From NCBI GenBank assembly GCA_951406725.2, contig OX597816.1, positions 156,612,001 through 156,676,000 of the forward strand: a stretch of 64,000 nt of DNA. The letters are read 5' to 3'. The notes beneath the pieces were generated by a model that saw nothing but the letters and a program-made list of their open reading frames with translations, made no database searches and was not told the origin of the DNA. Shown here in pieces: positions 12,301 through 26,625 of this stretch (positions are counted from its first letter, which is position 1; every line of letters begins with the position of its first letter). The translations under genes were made by a program, and so were the position numbers. The stretch comes from Octopus vulgaris. Lineage: Eukaryota.

Positions 12301-15202
12301 ATAACACTCTTTCACTTTCCTTTTCTCTCAGTTCTAAATACTATAACGCATCAAATGAAGTTAGATAGACGGCTAATAATATTACACTGCTAAAGCGTTC
12401 AGTACAGTTGACTGAAGGAATTTAGTATGCTACTTTGTTACGTGTCTGTTGGGAAACGATTAATGTAGTTTGATTTAATAATTTCTTTGCAAATCAATCA
12501 TTTTGGGATTATGTAAAGTTAATTATGAGTATTTTTGTTGTGTTCTTTCTTTTTTGTTTGTTTTTGGGAACTTATCATGTTGTCGAGTAATGGTGCGTAA
12601 AATGCCTTTGTTGTGTTGGATAAAGCTTAGATGGGAATACATTCTTGCATCGGTTAGAGTAGTAATGGCGATATTGGCGGAAGAGTATAAAGAAAACATG
12701 TACAAAATCAATTCGATTCCGTTAGGATGTTCTTGAAGACTAGCTAATTGCTAAAGTGGCTATTGAAATAGATCAGCGTAAACAGGAAGTCTTAGTTCCC
12801 CATTGTTTTTTTAACAATAGCTTGATGAAATGAAACAAAATTATGAAAGTAATTGAATATTCAAAGAAAAATAATTGCTTAGTCTAACTATCTGACTATT
12901 AAACCAGTTAGACTATTATATACGGGTAATTTTGTCGTTTTTATAATATTCTGCTTTGCAGTCTCTTCAGAGTCGTGTCCTACTGATCAAAGCTATCGTC
13001 ATAATATACATTGATATATTGCTGAAGTCAATCGGACCGAAAAATTTTTCAAAATTATACAAGGGAAGACGTTTGAAATGAGAATATAGTGAACAGAATA
13101 TTTATTAGATATACGGTAACTTTGTTACAACAGCGAAGATAATTTGCATGAGCAAGACCAAAAGGCTTACAACGACCTAAACCACTTAATTTCCCTCACT
13201 GCCCGTTTAAAAGAAAAGCAAATCCCCGAAACTTCATATTCGCAAAACTTCAGCAATTGAAATTATCGACCTTTTTGATTATCCCTCTTCTGAACCATTA
13301 AGCTTTTGTCATACTGATGGTAAATAAATCCGATTACTTTTATCTCCTTCCTTAATTATTCTTGAGTTCATTGGAGTAGAAACACAGCTTTGAATTCTAT
13401 ATGCTGGTCTATCAACAGAAAACTGCGAATGAAAGTTGACAGCTATCAGGATTGGATTGGCGATGTATTTCGAATAGTATAACTTATAAAGGGGTTCAAA
13501 ACAGCTTTACAGTTGGCCTGTCGGAGTGTCCACTTTGATTTGCATCACTTCTCATACAGCTACCTACGTGAAGGTCATAGGAGTTTGTATCATAATTTTC
13601 TCCCATCATATAAGGGTAAATGTAATTATACGGATACGTTAGTGATTACGTGAGTATGGAGAATGAGATTGTGTAGTAGGAGTTATTTGTTCCCGGGAAG
13701 AAACGTATCTACAATCAAACTGTTCATTATTATGTCCAAATATAATGCTTTGACCTGTTTTAAGGTCAACGAGAGATTATAAAGCAAACTGAATTGGCGG
13801 AACTCATATTCTGAAATTCGAAGATACGTGATTTAGAGTATTATAATGTTTTTTTTTTTATTCATTTCGGTTATTAAAACTTCTTGATCTATACAGAATA
13901 CTGAGGCACGAAATCAGCTCTGTCATACTTACTAGTCTTTGAGGCGCTGTATAGGTGATATCTTCTCCATACACCACGAATACAAATATACCACAAGCTT
14001 GGTCTTTGCTATGCGTAATATAATATATAGTAATACATCGCAATAAATCATTTTGAAATAATGAAACACAAGTCTTTGTATATTTTCAAGCATGCAAAGA
14101 ATTCAAGATTTTATGAGCTAAAGACGTGCTATGGTTCAGGCAGAAATCAAATATTCGTTGCAATAGCTTCACATGAGGTATCTTCCTCTTTGACTATACA
14201 AAGAGTTAATGCATAAAATATATGTACACACTGTTCGTGCAATGATTTATAAGGAGCAAAACTATCTTTAGTTTAACAGAGCTATATGAATATTAATTTT
14301 ATATTATTTTTGTTTTCATACAAGGACACACCATTTGAAACATTTCCTCGGGCCATTGCATGCCTCACGTCTTTTACACAACGCAGTCAAGGATAATCAC
14401 GCCGAAAACTGCATTGCCCCAGATAACAATCAAATGCAGTATAACAGTGATTTCATGCTGTGATTCAATTCGTGACATGGATGATGATGCCTCGCTATTA
14501 AAAAAAAGTTGAATGAGATGGTTTTATATAAAATCATACTCTAATTAATAGTGTTATCGTACAAATAAACATCTTTCATAAACCACCGGAGACTCCCGAT
14601 TACTGGTGCGTAACCAACGTTCTATGCTGTAATAAGCCTCACTGCACATAACCAGCTATTTAAATAAGAAATATAAAAGCATGCAAAGACATATATTAAA
14701 ATATTCGAGTAGTACTTTAAAATTTTTAATCGTATGATGTAGGGAATACTGCATATTTTTTTCATGTTTGCGAGTGTCCTTTCACACTGTAGACGGAGAG
14801 GCGGACAGCGTGACATCATGGAGTGAAGTATGAATATCACAGAATGTAATTGCTCACTCTTATAAATATTGTGGCCATATCCTCAAGAACGAAAACAAAA
14901 TACAGTGCAGTGTTCGGCGGAATTCTGCAAACCGTACCCTCTTTCTAGTGAAATTTAGCTATTAAATAAAATAAATTCACATAAATTTCATAGTAATAAC
15001 ACTGAGAAGCTATTTCATATAATAAAATTTCAGCATTGCGTGTTATGGCGGCTATATGATTTTTTCTTTTACCTCTACTCTAGCAACCACTATAAAGCTT
15101 TGCTTGTACTTATTCAGAAAGCAAATACTGAAGGATATATATTCAAAGATTGATAATAATCACAGCGGTCAATGTAAATGTTTCTGTTAATAATACTGTA
15201 CT

Positions 15203-15531
<329 letters not shown>

Positions 15532-15758
15532 ATTTTCTATTTAATACTTTTAATCAACCCTGAAACACTGTCAAGTGGTCCTTAACCTACACACTGAATA
15601 AAAATATTTACTATTGAGTAGAACAATTTCCAAGAAAGGAAAATAGTGAATTTTACGTTTTAAAATATATGAAGCAATCTCTAGTGATGTTGTGTTGTCA
15701 TTCCAAACAATTCCACTTTAACCGGATCTACGTGAATTTTAATTTTCTATATAATCTA

Positions 15759-15960
15759 AGGTGGCGAGCTGCTAAATTTGTTATCACGGCGGACAAAATA
15801 TCTAGTGGCATTTCTTTCGGTTCTGCTAAGTTGAGATTTTGCCGAGGTCGACTTTGCCGTTCATTATTTCGGTGTCAGTAAAATAACAAATAGTTGAATA
15901 GTGGGATCGATGTCATCGCCTAGGCCATTCCCCCAATATTTCAGGACTTGCGTCAAGATT
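15759..15960 (+). mobile_element. tRNA-derived SINE family 2 followed by (GAAA)n
   Basis: GGTGGCGAGCTG head; GCCGAGGTCGACTTTGCC-TTCAT central motif shared with 32221 and 49911. Confidence 0.75.
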
Positions 15961-18123
15961 AGGAAGAAAAAAAAGAAAGAAAGAAAGAAAGACACAAAGA
16001 CAGAAAGAAAGGAAGGAAGAAGAAAAGAAAGAAAGGAAGAAAGGAAGAAAGAAAGAAAGAGGCGCAAGTACATCAGAGTATAAGACTCGTATTGCAAACC
16101 TGCACAAAAAATGCCATTCACTGTTCTATAAAAGCACAGTAGCTTCATGAGTTTTAATTAATCTTGATGACAAAAAATATCATGACATCGATGATAACTA
16201 GAATAGCATGTAATAAGTTTGATACTATTGTCATCAATATTTGCTTAGCTTCTAGTCGCAGAGCCTACGACACATCTAAGAAGGAAGTTTATTCAAACAA
16301 GAAATTTGTTCCACGTGTTAGTACTAAATTGGAAGACAGTTTATTTTTACTATTGAAATAGGTGAAGGTAATATTTGAACTTAGATTCCTGGGAGCTTTG
16401 AACAATCACCTGAATTCATCCAGACAGGCAGTCTTATAGCTTTTAATCTAAAGCCTTGAATTATTACGCTTTTCATACGTTGAAGCAACAACATGTGAAA
16501 GGAGGACATTAAATACGCGTATACAAAATATATTGATAGACGGGTGACTATTACTCGTGGTATGGGAGTGTTGCCATCAAGGTCAATTCAATGAACCACA
16601 CAGATTCTGCATCAATCTGATCAAAGATGTACGAACCCTCACCACACTATTTTTGTTCAATAACCAACTCCATAATTTGAGCAGTTCTCTTCATTCTGAC
16701 CATTTTAGCCACATCTCCATTCTTCACAAAATCACTTCTCTCTCTCTCCCCCTCTCTTTCTCTCTCTCGTTCTGTATATATTCGTCTCTTATTGCTATCG
16801 GTTATAAGTCATACACGTAGCTCTCAGCACTCGTGTTACTTTGCACCTTCTACCGATTGAAAAGTATTGAAAAACACTGATTATTACCGTCTAATTGACA
16901 AGCCTTGTTCCCGAAAACATTAACTGTTATCAGCATATAGATTCCTATTACTGAGTTCCATATTAAAAACATTACACAAAATAGCATTTAAATTTTTGTA
17001 ATACCCTGTTGTCAAAGAAAAATGGCCATTGTTATTACTGGTCAATATGAAAACGACAACTCAATAGAATTTTTTTAGATTAATCTGTATTTATATATTA
17101 AATCTCTCTCTAAAATGATGGCTTTGTAATTATATTACGTAGCATGAATAACAAACAAAGCAAAAGATTTAAGAAAAAAATCTTAAGTGGTTTAAAGATT
17201 GAAACTTGACAATTCACAGTGAACAGTACCTTTAAAATAGTAATTTTCTAGAAACAAGATTAAATTTCGAGACTTGTCAATACCATATCTACACAGAATC
17301 TACTGATCTTCTACAGTATATCCTTAGGATTTCATTGTACACATCAGCTGTCGGAAAAGAATTATCTTCAAATATTACTCGCAATCTCATGACTAAAAAT
17401 AAATTACCAACGTAAGAGATTGCTCTAATGAAGTATTATCTTAGAACAGTTAGGTAAAAGAAGATAATGTACGTCAGAAATACAATTACACAAGAGGAAA
17501 AAATACACTAAATATATTGACGCATATTCTTTCTTGCAATATTAAAGTAATTATATCGCGAGAATGTTACCAAGACCTGTACTTACATACCTTCCAAATC
17601 GTCACAGATAAATTAGTATTCTCAAATATAACAATATTATGATTAGCTATTGTAAATGTTGTAAATAATATAGCAGAGTCCTTTTTTCGAACTTTATCAT
17701 GGCAAATATTTGCCTTTCCCTCATCGCTAATACTTTTCAATTATGCAGTTGAATAAACACCGTACTCATTCCTGATAGCAGATGTGTCACAAGCTTTATA
17801 ATCTTTTATGCTAAAACGTGATCAGGGAATGTATCAATTACGAAAGAATAAACATTCCATGTTGTCATCAATATGCAGATGTAATTTGCAGAAATTCTGG
17901 CAGACACTACTTTGTTAAAATATATTAAGGAACTGAAAAATAAAGCTTCAGTTTCGAAATTTGTGTGAGCAATTTGAATGTTTCTAAAGTATAGATCCTA
18001 ATTACATATTGTCAATTTTGTTTCATTTCTCAGTTGAGTGAAATCTTCTAACGCGGCAACCTAATGAGACAATTATGACACTTAGAAAAATAAAGTAATT
18101 TTTTATGTGAGAAGTTATATAAT

Positions 18124-18434
18124 AGGCGTAGGAACGGCTGTGTGGTAAGTAGGTTGCTTTCGAACTACATGTTTCCGGGTTCAGTCCTACTGCGTGGTAT
18201 CTTGGGCAAGTGTCTTCTACTATAGCCTCGGCCCGACCAAAACCTTGTGGGTCGAATTGGTAGACGGAAACTGAAAGAAGCCCGTCGTATATGTGTATAT
18301 ATGTATGTGTGTGTATATATTTTTGTGTCTGTGTTTGTACCCCCAACATCGCTTGAGAACCGATGCTGGTGTGTTTGCGTCCCCGTAAACTAGCGGTTCG
18401 GCAAAACAGTCCGATAGAATAAGTACTAGGCTTA
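18124..18434 (+). mobile_element. SINE family 1 (CORE-like)
   Basis: GGCGTAGGAACGGCTGTGTGGTAAG head, GGTTCAGTCC B-box-like, CTTGGGCAAGTGTCTTC core. Confidence 0.88.
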
Positions 18435-19292
18435 GGTAAATTTCCAACTCAAATCCCTACTTACAATATTTTGTATAATTTTGTTATCGGCCATATAATA
18501 CTTGACATTTATGATTCAATCAGCATTTTTATCCCTACACTTCTCCTATTTCATGTTCTTTGTTTCTTCTCTTTTTCTCCGTTACTGAAATCCATCCTCT
18601 TTTCTTTTCCTTCTAAGGGCCTTTTTGTAAATAATATGATTTATATACCTCCTACTTTTTTTCATTTAAGCACACATCTCTTTCCATCTTCAAATACCAA
18701 ACATCATTCATGTAGCGATTTTTTAAAAAATGTATAGCAATTTTAAACTTTACTATTCTTAAATTATTCTCCATTCATATTTAACAACTAAACCTTCCAT
18801 TTCGTAAATTCATTCCATTGTTTAAACATTCATCCTCGTTGTCGTTTGTCTTGATATCATCCTGTGTTTTCTCATTTTATCACTTTTTTATCTTCTAATT
18901 TATCATTCTCTATTTTTGTTTCTACTTTCTTTTCATCAACGTTTGGCTTTTTACCTCTGTTGTCTAGTATATTCTTTACCAGCTCTTATATCATTGCTTC
19001 TTCGTAATCAATCAAATTATTTATTTTCAAATGAAAGTCCTTAAAAAAGCCAAGTTACTTCCACATAGATGCCAGTTTTCTGCTGAATTACAACTAAGTG
19101 ACGATGCAAAATCTAAAGCTGAGATATAGAGACACATCGTGCTTATATGCATTAAATTATAGTTGAACATTTGCATATATCGGTGAAATAGCAGTGCTTG
19201 CATGTATGTATGTATGTATTTATGTATGTATGTATGTATGCATGTGTGCATGTATGTATGTGTGCATGCGTGTGTGTATGTATGTGCGTATG

Positions 19293-19345
19293 AGGTGCCG
19301 AGCTGGGAGAATCGTTAGCACGCCGGACACGCTGGCTCTAAATTC
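19293..19345 (+). mobile_element. SINE family 2 head fragment
   Basis: AGGTGCCGAGCTGGGAGAATCGTTAGCACGCCGGAC matches the family head. Confidence 0.6.
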
Positions 19346-20815
19346 AATAGAAAATCTGGTGACATATATTACAAGTGATTGTCTCGCACTACTAACACAC
19401 GTAGGATACGGTATTGATTCATAAACCGCTAATATACTTGATAGTACCTTACGGTCACAAAATGGAATACAGTATTCCTACCAGGAATTAATATGTCCTT
19501 ACCAGTTGTTAGTGTTACATCGCTTAACTTACTGGATATTTAGGCACTGTGTTCGTGGATAGTTAATGGTTTGGATGTGGTGCTGAAGAAGGAATGACTT
19601 CTGAAGTATGCATTTTCACCCATTACCAATTTTTCTATCTTCGATCGCATTGTTTATGAAGACGTATTCGTATACTAAACGTCGTAACTTTCAGTGCAGG
19701 CTCTATATTCCATAGAAAACTTATAGAGATAAATTGAATGCGACTTTATCACACTGATAACACAAAAGAAGGACACAATATTGAATGTGTGTACGTATAA
19801 AATTTGATGAACTACTAATTGTCCAGAATCGGATAAAGAATTCAAGATGTTGATAAATGTCAACAATGAATTTATACGAGATAAATGCACGGTATTTTGT
19901 TTACAATGCATTAGACAAATGAATAATAACAACAGTTATTACAAGATATAAAATCGCAAACGAAGTATGCATGGCTTTCTCTTCACACATAAGGACCGCT
20001 AATATAAACGGGTAATATTGCACTAATTTTAAAACTGTTATTAACATTCCTCTAAGATTTAGTTGACTTATTCAATTAAGCACTTCCTTTGAAAAACATC
20101 CATACATCAAATTATGACCTCACAGATTCGAATCCACTCCACATATTTCTGATGTACGATTACTTTCACACACATTTTTCGTATCATTTTACAATAATAT
20201 TTGTCTTTCGTTTGACAGTAACAGGAACATCCGGCCAATTGTAACGAAACATTTTCTTGCATGTATACTGACGTATAAGAGCGTATGTTTATCGATCTAA
20301 GTAAATTTATACAAATATTGACATGGTTAACAAGCTCAGGTTAATTACACGATTTCTACTTCTGAAGTATAATAATCCTGCTCGTTTGTTAGAAGCGTCT
20401 ATTTTTATTTGATTCATATCCTTATTTGCTTAATGAATGTGTTGCTATGTAGAAATGCAAGGTCTCCAAATGTCTGCCGAGGGGCTTTTGCAGTAAAGAA
20501 ATCATGAAACTGAAAATAATAAGCTGCGCATAAAATAGATTAATTTCTGATAAAGCTTTTGTCGCTAATTAAGAATTCGAATTAATATTATCACAATTCC
20601 ATTAGTTAGAAATGGATATACTTCTAATTAGCTGTCGATATAGGCATAAGCAATAGAAATGATGTACAATTTAAAGAAAATAATTCAAATGAAACTCAGT
20701 AAGTAAGGAATTAAGTAAAACGAAAGGCAAATTAAAACTTTATGTTCAATATTATGCAAATATATGTTATTTTTTGCATGTTAAAGAATATCCGAGCTAG
20801 AAACATAATAATAAT

Positions 20816-20837
20816 GATACATACATACATACATACA

Positions 20838-20871
<34 letters not shown>

Positions 20872-21111
20872 CATACATACATACATACATACATACATAC
20901 GTACGTACATACATACATACATACATATATACATATATACATACACACATACATACATACACACAAACATCACACACTTACTTAAGGCAAAAAAGTAAGA
21001 ATAACAATAACAACAACAATAATAATAATATGAAAAATAATAATAGTATGAGTAATACTACTAATAACGGCAACAAAAACAGCAGCAGCAATGCAACAAT
21101 AACCATAACAG

Positions 21112-21161
<50 letters not shown>

Positions 21162-21196
21162 ATGATGATGATGATGATGATGACGATGATGATGCA
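20816..21196. repeat. Compound microsatellite (ATAC)n, (AAC/AAT)n, (GAT/GGT)n
   Basis: Visible runs. Confidence 0.95.
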
Positions 21197-22589
21197 GTTT
21201 ACATTGAAGAATTATATAATCCTAATAACATTAACGATAATGCTTTACGTTGCGAGACGTAAACGCCGGCAGGAAATAATATTTTTCTCTGAGAAACTTA
21301 TATCATTAATCATTCGAGAACATTATTATTATTATGAACGCAATACGAAAAAAAAAAATGACGAATCTAATATTCTAAGCAATCTTTTAAATCTAAATTT
21401 GGAGTCTAATACTAATAAAAACAAACAAATGAGGAGCAGAATTCGAAAAGGTCATTTCTATGTTATGAGAAAGCAAAATCTACATCTTCACAATAATTAC
21501 CCTAACTGCAATAAATTGTGAAAGAAGGAAACAGTATTGATTAGTAAGCATAAACATGTGTTTGATAATGGCCAATATACGCATACACAAAATAAGATGG
21601 TTCAAAATACTGTGTGATAGTTAAATAGTAGATTGTTTTATTTAAGGTACGTGGATTTTTTTTTCACTGACTAGAATATGCGATTGAAATATGCGCAGTG
21701 TGCTTGATGATCTGTAATAAATATAAGAAAGATTTGGTTAGGCAGAAGTTTCAGAGTGGAACATAAAATGGATTGCCGCCCCTTTTCATTATATTTCGGC
21801 ATTAGAAATTGAGAAATCACTCTCACTAAAATACGGGAATCGATGAAATCGATTGTATCTTTCCCCTGATTTCTGGACTGTTGTATAACTTAGAGATCAT
21901 TTTTATTCATGGAAGACAAAAGAAAGAAGAAACAGATATCAACAGAAACCTGACATTATAGGAAAGATATGTCGGCTAAAACATAGACACACCGAGAGAG
22001 AGATAGAAAGAGAGAGACAGAGACAGACAGACAGAGACAGATATACGTACAGACAGAGACAGACAGAGACAAGGAGAAAGAAAATGAATGAGATTGAGAG
22101 AGAATAAAACAGGCAGACAGACATCAGATAGGGACAGATTTCAGAGCTAGGGCAAAGATTAAATTAAGGTTGGCAAAGCAAGAAAATGTTGAACAAAGAA
22201 AAAATTATTCATTTAAAATTTCACTCACTGGACAGCACCTACATGTGTGCATTCATATATACGTATATATGAATACGTACATATCAATATTTCGCTTTTG
22301 GGGCTGAGGAGGATATAACACCTCTGAAATACATGCATCCACTAGTGTGGTTAGGGTACGCTTCAAAATGCCTCAATGTGTTTACATTTATTCATCCACA
22401 ATAAGAAAATTTCTCCTTGACAAAATACACTGAATAGCATGTTTACGCGTTCCAATATGCCTCAAGTATATTTGAACTGGTATCAACTTTATATAATACT
22501 TAATTACTTAATATATATATATATATATATAAGTTCAGTAAAATTTAGATTCAGATGAATATGGTAGGCTTATTTTGATTGTGCATGTA

Positions 22590-22629
<40 letters not shown>

Positions 22630-22633
<4 letters not shown>

Positions 22634-25345
22634 TCTGATTTTGATTTTGATTTTTCCAGTTTCAGCTAATGAGCTGTGGCCATGCTGGGGCACCGCCATT
22701 TGGTTTGCGGTTTGCTACACGGTTTTACCTCACGGATGCTTTTTAGCAAACGCCATCTGATGCATGAGAGAGTTCGATGCAGCTGCCCTCATCTGCACCT
22801 CCTGCCGTGAAGTTGGTTCATCCGGGACACCTGACAGGAAGAGATCCAGTCCTACTTTAAAGACATCCGCATCTACACCATGCAGGTCCCTCAGGTTCTT
22901 CGGGAGGATATTGAAGAGCCGTGGGCCTCTGAAGCCCAGGCTATCACAATATCTTGTCCTACATCTTGATGGCAAATTTGGAGTCCTTGGTACTACGCAG
23001 TGGCGTCCGGTTCTGGCATTTGTGTGACTCTCGATGCCAAAGTCTGGGACAAGACCTTCCAGGATCTTCCAGATATATATTATGGCATATCTTTCTCGCC
23101 TACGCTCCAGGGAATAGAGCTTTAATCTCTTGAGTCTCTCCCAGTAGCTCATATGCTGCACAGAGGCTATCTTCTTCGTGTAGCTTCATTGGATCGCCTC
23201 AAGTTCTGTGATCAACTTGACACTGGATGGTGACCATAGCTGAGAGCAATAGTCAAAGTGGCTTAGGACAAGTGTCTTCCAGAGGACCATCATGGTTTCT
23301 TGTTCTCTTGTTCTAAAGGTTCTAAGAATCCATCCAGCCAGCCGTCTACATTTCATTGTCAGTTTAGCAACATGTACATGAAAGGTCGCGTCATCACTCA
23401 TGTGAATACCCAGGTCACGCACTAATTGTGCCTCTGGGATTGCAATCCCTCCGGGTCCAGTGTATTCATTGGGTATTGCATTCAGTTTTGCATGCTGATA
23501 GTATAAAGCTTGAAACTTTTCAGCATTGAACTGCATGCTATTCTTTTCAGCCCACTTGTATATTTCGTCCAGCTCACATTGCAGGTGCTTAGTGTATTCA
23601 GGGTTCTGTATTGCCTGTGAAACTTTTGTATCATCTGCATAACTTGTGATCGTGGCTCTCTGCGTGGCTGAGGGCATGTCTGAGAGGGCCATTATGAACA
23701 GTAGTGGTCCCAAAACAGTGCCCTGCGGAACACCGCTCACTATTTGCTACCACCTGACTTCTATTCTTCAGAAAGTCATGAAGCCATTCTCCTAGTTTTC
23801 CAACTATGCCAAGATCACGCAGCTTGTGACATATCATTCCATGATCGACTTTATCGAAGGCCTTTGCGAAGTCGAGATATATGACTTCCACATTTGAGTG
23901 GTTGAGCAGTTGTTTCAGCACCCAGTCATAGTGCTGCAGGAGCTGAGTTAAGCAGCTTCTTCTTGGTCGGAAACCATGTTGGGTGTCAGGCAGCAAGTCA
24001 TTTTCTTCAAGGAAGATGATTAGTTTCCTCCTGACTATTCGTTCCATGACCTTGCTGATGTGTGAGGTCAGAGAGATAGGTCTGTAGTTCTTGGCCTCCG
24101 CTCTGCTACCTCCTTTATGAATAGGGCATATTTTACCTTCCTTCAGTTTTCTTGGAAGTTTGCCAGCTGCAAGGAAGCTCTGAAAGAGGAACTGCAGTGG
24201 TCTTGCTAGGACTCTCTTACATACTTTTAGGAGGATTGCCGGGAATCCATCGGGGCCAATAGCTGAGTCTGTTTTCATTTCATCTATAGCCTTTATTACA
24301 TCGTCTTCCTTTATATCGATGTAATTTATCGTCGCCGCCTCTGATTCTATATCTGCAGTGGTAAAGAAGTCAGTTGGATTGCTGATTTGGAAATGCCCAA
24401 GGGGTGGAGTGAAAACACTCTTGAAGTGTTCATTCAGTATTTCACTTACCCTCATTGGTTTTCCTGTGAGTGTGCCATCCTTTTCAAGGAGTGGCCCTAT
24501 CCTACAGTGCACTGTAGCTGTTTCTTTGGCATACCTGTGGAAAGCTCTGGGGTTAGTTTTTATGTTGTCTATAGCCAAGGCTTCTTTGTCTGCTCTTTCC
24601 TTCTCATGGGAGAGTTGCAGACAATTTTCAATTTCCAACAGTTTTATTTTCACTGCTTTCAATTTGTTTGTTTAGGCGATTTGAAATTTTTGTACGCCGT
24701 CTCATTAAAATTTTCCTCTCTCTGGGGATTTTGTTCTTGTGTACAGTGGCCTTTCTCTCTGGGACACATTTGTAGCATATGGCTTGCATTACAGACATGA
24801 ATTGTTGAAGTATCATGTCGATGTCCGGCGAGGAGAGACATTCAGGCCAGTTTTGTTTGAGGATCTCTTTCTCAATTTGTTTCCAGTTTGCCTTATTGAA
24901 GTTCAAGCTGGAAAGATTCTGAGGGTTTCTTGTAGGCTGCATGTCCGTGCTCTCTTTTGGCCCGTACATGGTCAGCTCTACCATGTTGTGATCCGAGAGT
25001 AGTGTCGGTGTCACTTTCACATTATGGATGAGATCCATATTATTTGTGAAGCAGAGATCCAGTGTGTTACCTGCTCTGGTTGGTTGGAGTATTACTTGCT
25101 CCATGTACAGGGTGTTGATGAGGTTCAGGAGGGACCTCGCCTGTCCTCGTTCACATCTTGTCATTCCTGGGAGAGAAAGGCCCTCGGGCCATCTGACATT
25201 GGGTAGATTGAAGTCTCCCATGAGAAGTACACTTATGTGTTGTTCTAATGTGGTTAGAACTTCTTCTATTTTTAAAAGGCAGTCCTCAAACTTGCCCATA
25301 TGACTTGGGGAATCTGGAGGACGATATGTAGCACACACAACTACA
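22630..25345 (-). mobile_element. CR1-group LINE, 5'-truncated, disrupted APE-EN + RT ORF2, (AAAATC)n tail
   Basis: EN motifs YRPPDS, GDFN, LDLCF, SDH (ORF 24628..25338); RT NYRPISL, QHGFR, DFAKAFDKV, GVPQGTVLGP, YADDTK; frameshifts near 24660 and 23746, stop at 23186. Confidence 0.95.
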
Positions 25346-25356
25346 TCAAGTTGCCT

Positions 25357-25457
<101 letters not shown>

Positions 25458-25483
25458 CACATATACATATATATTTATATATT

Positions 25484-25602
25484 GCTCACGGCAGGAAATA
25501 CAGATGAGGGCAGCAGCATCAAACTTCCCCATTCACCAAATGCCACATATCAGAAGGGACATTAGACAATGGTGTAACAGAGGCAACGGTGGTGCCCCAT
25601 CA
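25484..25602 (+). mobile_element. 3' end fragment of a related CR1-group LINE
   Basis: [19 protein letters not shown] vs [19 protein letters not shown] in the adjacent LINE; GGTGCCCCA 3' motif. Confidence 0.8.
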
Positions 25603-25620
25603 TTGTATATACATATATAT

Positions 25621-25674
<54 letters not shown>

Positions 25675-25778
25675 CTTTATTCTAGAAAATAATAGAAAGC
25701 ATGGAAGTGCTCGAGTTAAACCAGAGACGATAGATAGATTCAAGAAATACAAGGAAGAAATTCAACTCAGCCAGACTA

Positions 25779-26324
25779 CGATTGGTGTATACATATACGG
25801 ATTTAATAAAAAGAATTGTCTAAAACATATAGTAGTACATTCAAAACATAGAGTTATAGAAATATAAAAGTATATATGAATGTTAAAAATATACAAGGAC
25901 AAATAAATATATAAATATATAAATATAATGGAGGATAGGTAAAAATATAGATGTGGATAATAAAATATAGAAAGATATTTCGTTTAAAAATTATGGAATG
26001 TGGGGAGTAATAAATGTTTCTGGTACTATACGTAAATGAAAAGGAATACTTTTCATTTAAGTATGGTACGAAAAACCCTTTCTAAACATTTATTACTCAC
26101 TGTATTCCATTACTTTTAAACGAAATGTCTTTCCATATTTTATCATCCTCATCTATATTTTTACCTATACTTCATTATATTTTTAAATATGAATATATTT
26201 ATTTGTCCTTGCATATTTTCAACATTCACATATACATTAATATTTCTATAACTCTATCTTTTGAATGCATTAATATGTTTTAGACAATTCGTTTTCTTCA
26301 AACTGTATATGTACACTCCAATTG
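25779..26324. repeat. ~545-bp imperfect palindrome (fold-back)
   Basis: ~270-bp arms align as reverse complements; centre AAATGAAAAG-GAATA-CTTTTCATTT. Confidence 0.9.
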
Positions 26325-26356
26325 CATACACACACTCACATAGGTATATGTATGTA

Positions 26357-26416
<60 letters not shown>

Positions 26417-26429
26417 CATATATATATAC

Positions 26430-26625
26430 AAAGAATGAAGAACGAACACAAAAAATACAACAATGCGAGGACGTGGTACATGTAAGGTATTAGCAGACGC
26501 TCAGGGAAGGAAAGAAAAAATGGTTTAAAGTTTCGAGCAAGGCTCTTCTTCAGAATCAGCGGAGTCCAATAGAAAGGTAGACGGAGGAAAAAAATCGCAA
26601 ACGATTCACGTGGTTACATTTTGAA
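26430..26625 (-). mobile_element. Penelope-like pseudo-LTR fragment with degenerate minimal hammerhead
   Basis: Minus strand CTGAAGA-A-GAGC-CTT-GCTC-GAAAC at ~26530-26553. Confidence 0.6.

Noticed and set aside
20742-21521. 259-aa ORF with poly-N and poly-M
   Set aside because: Built from ATAC/AAT/GAT microsatellites; no domain signal
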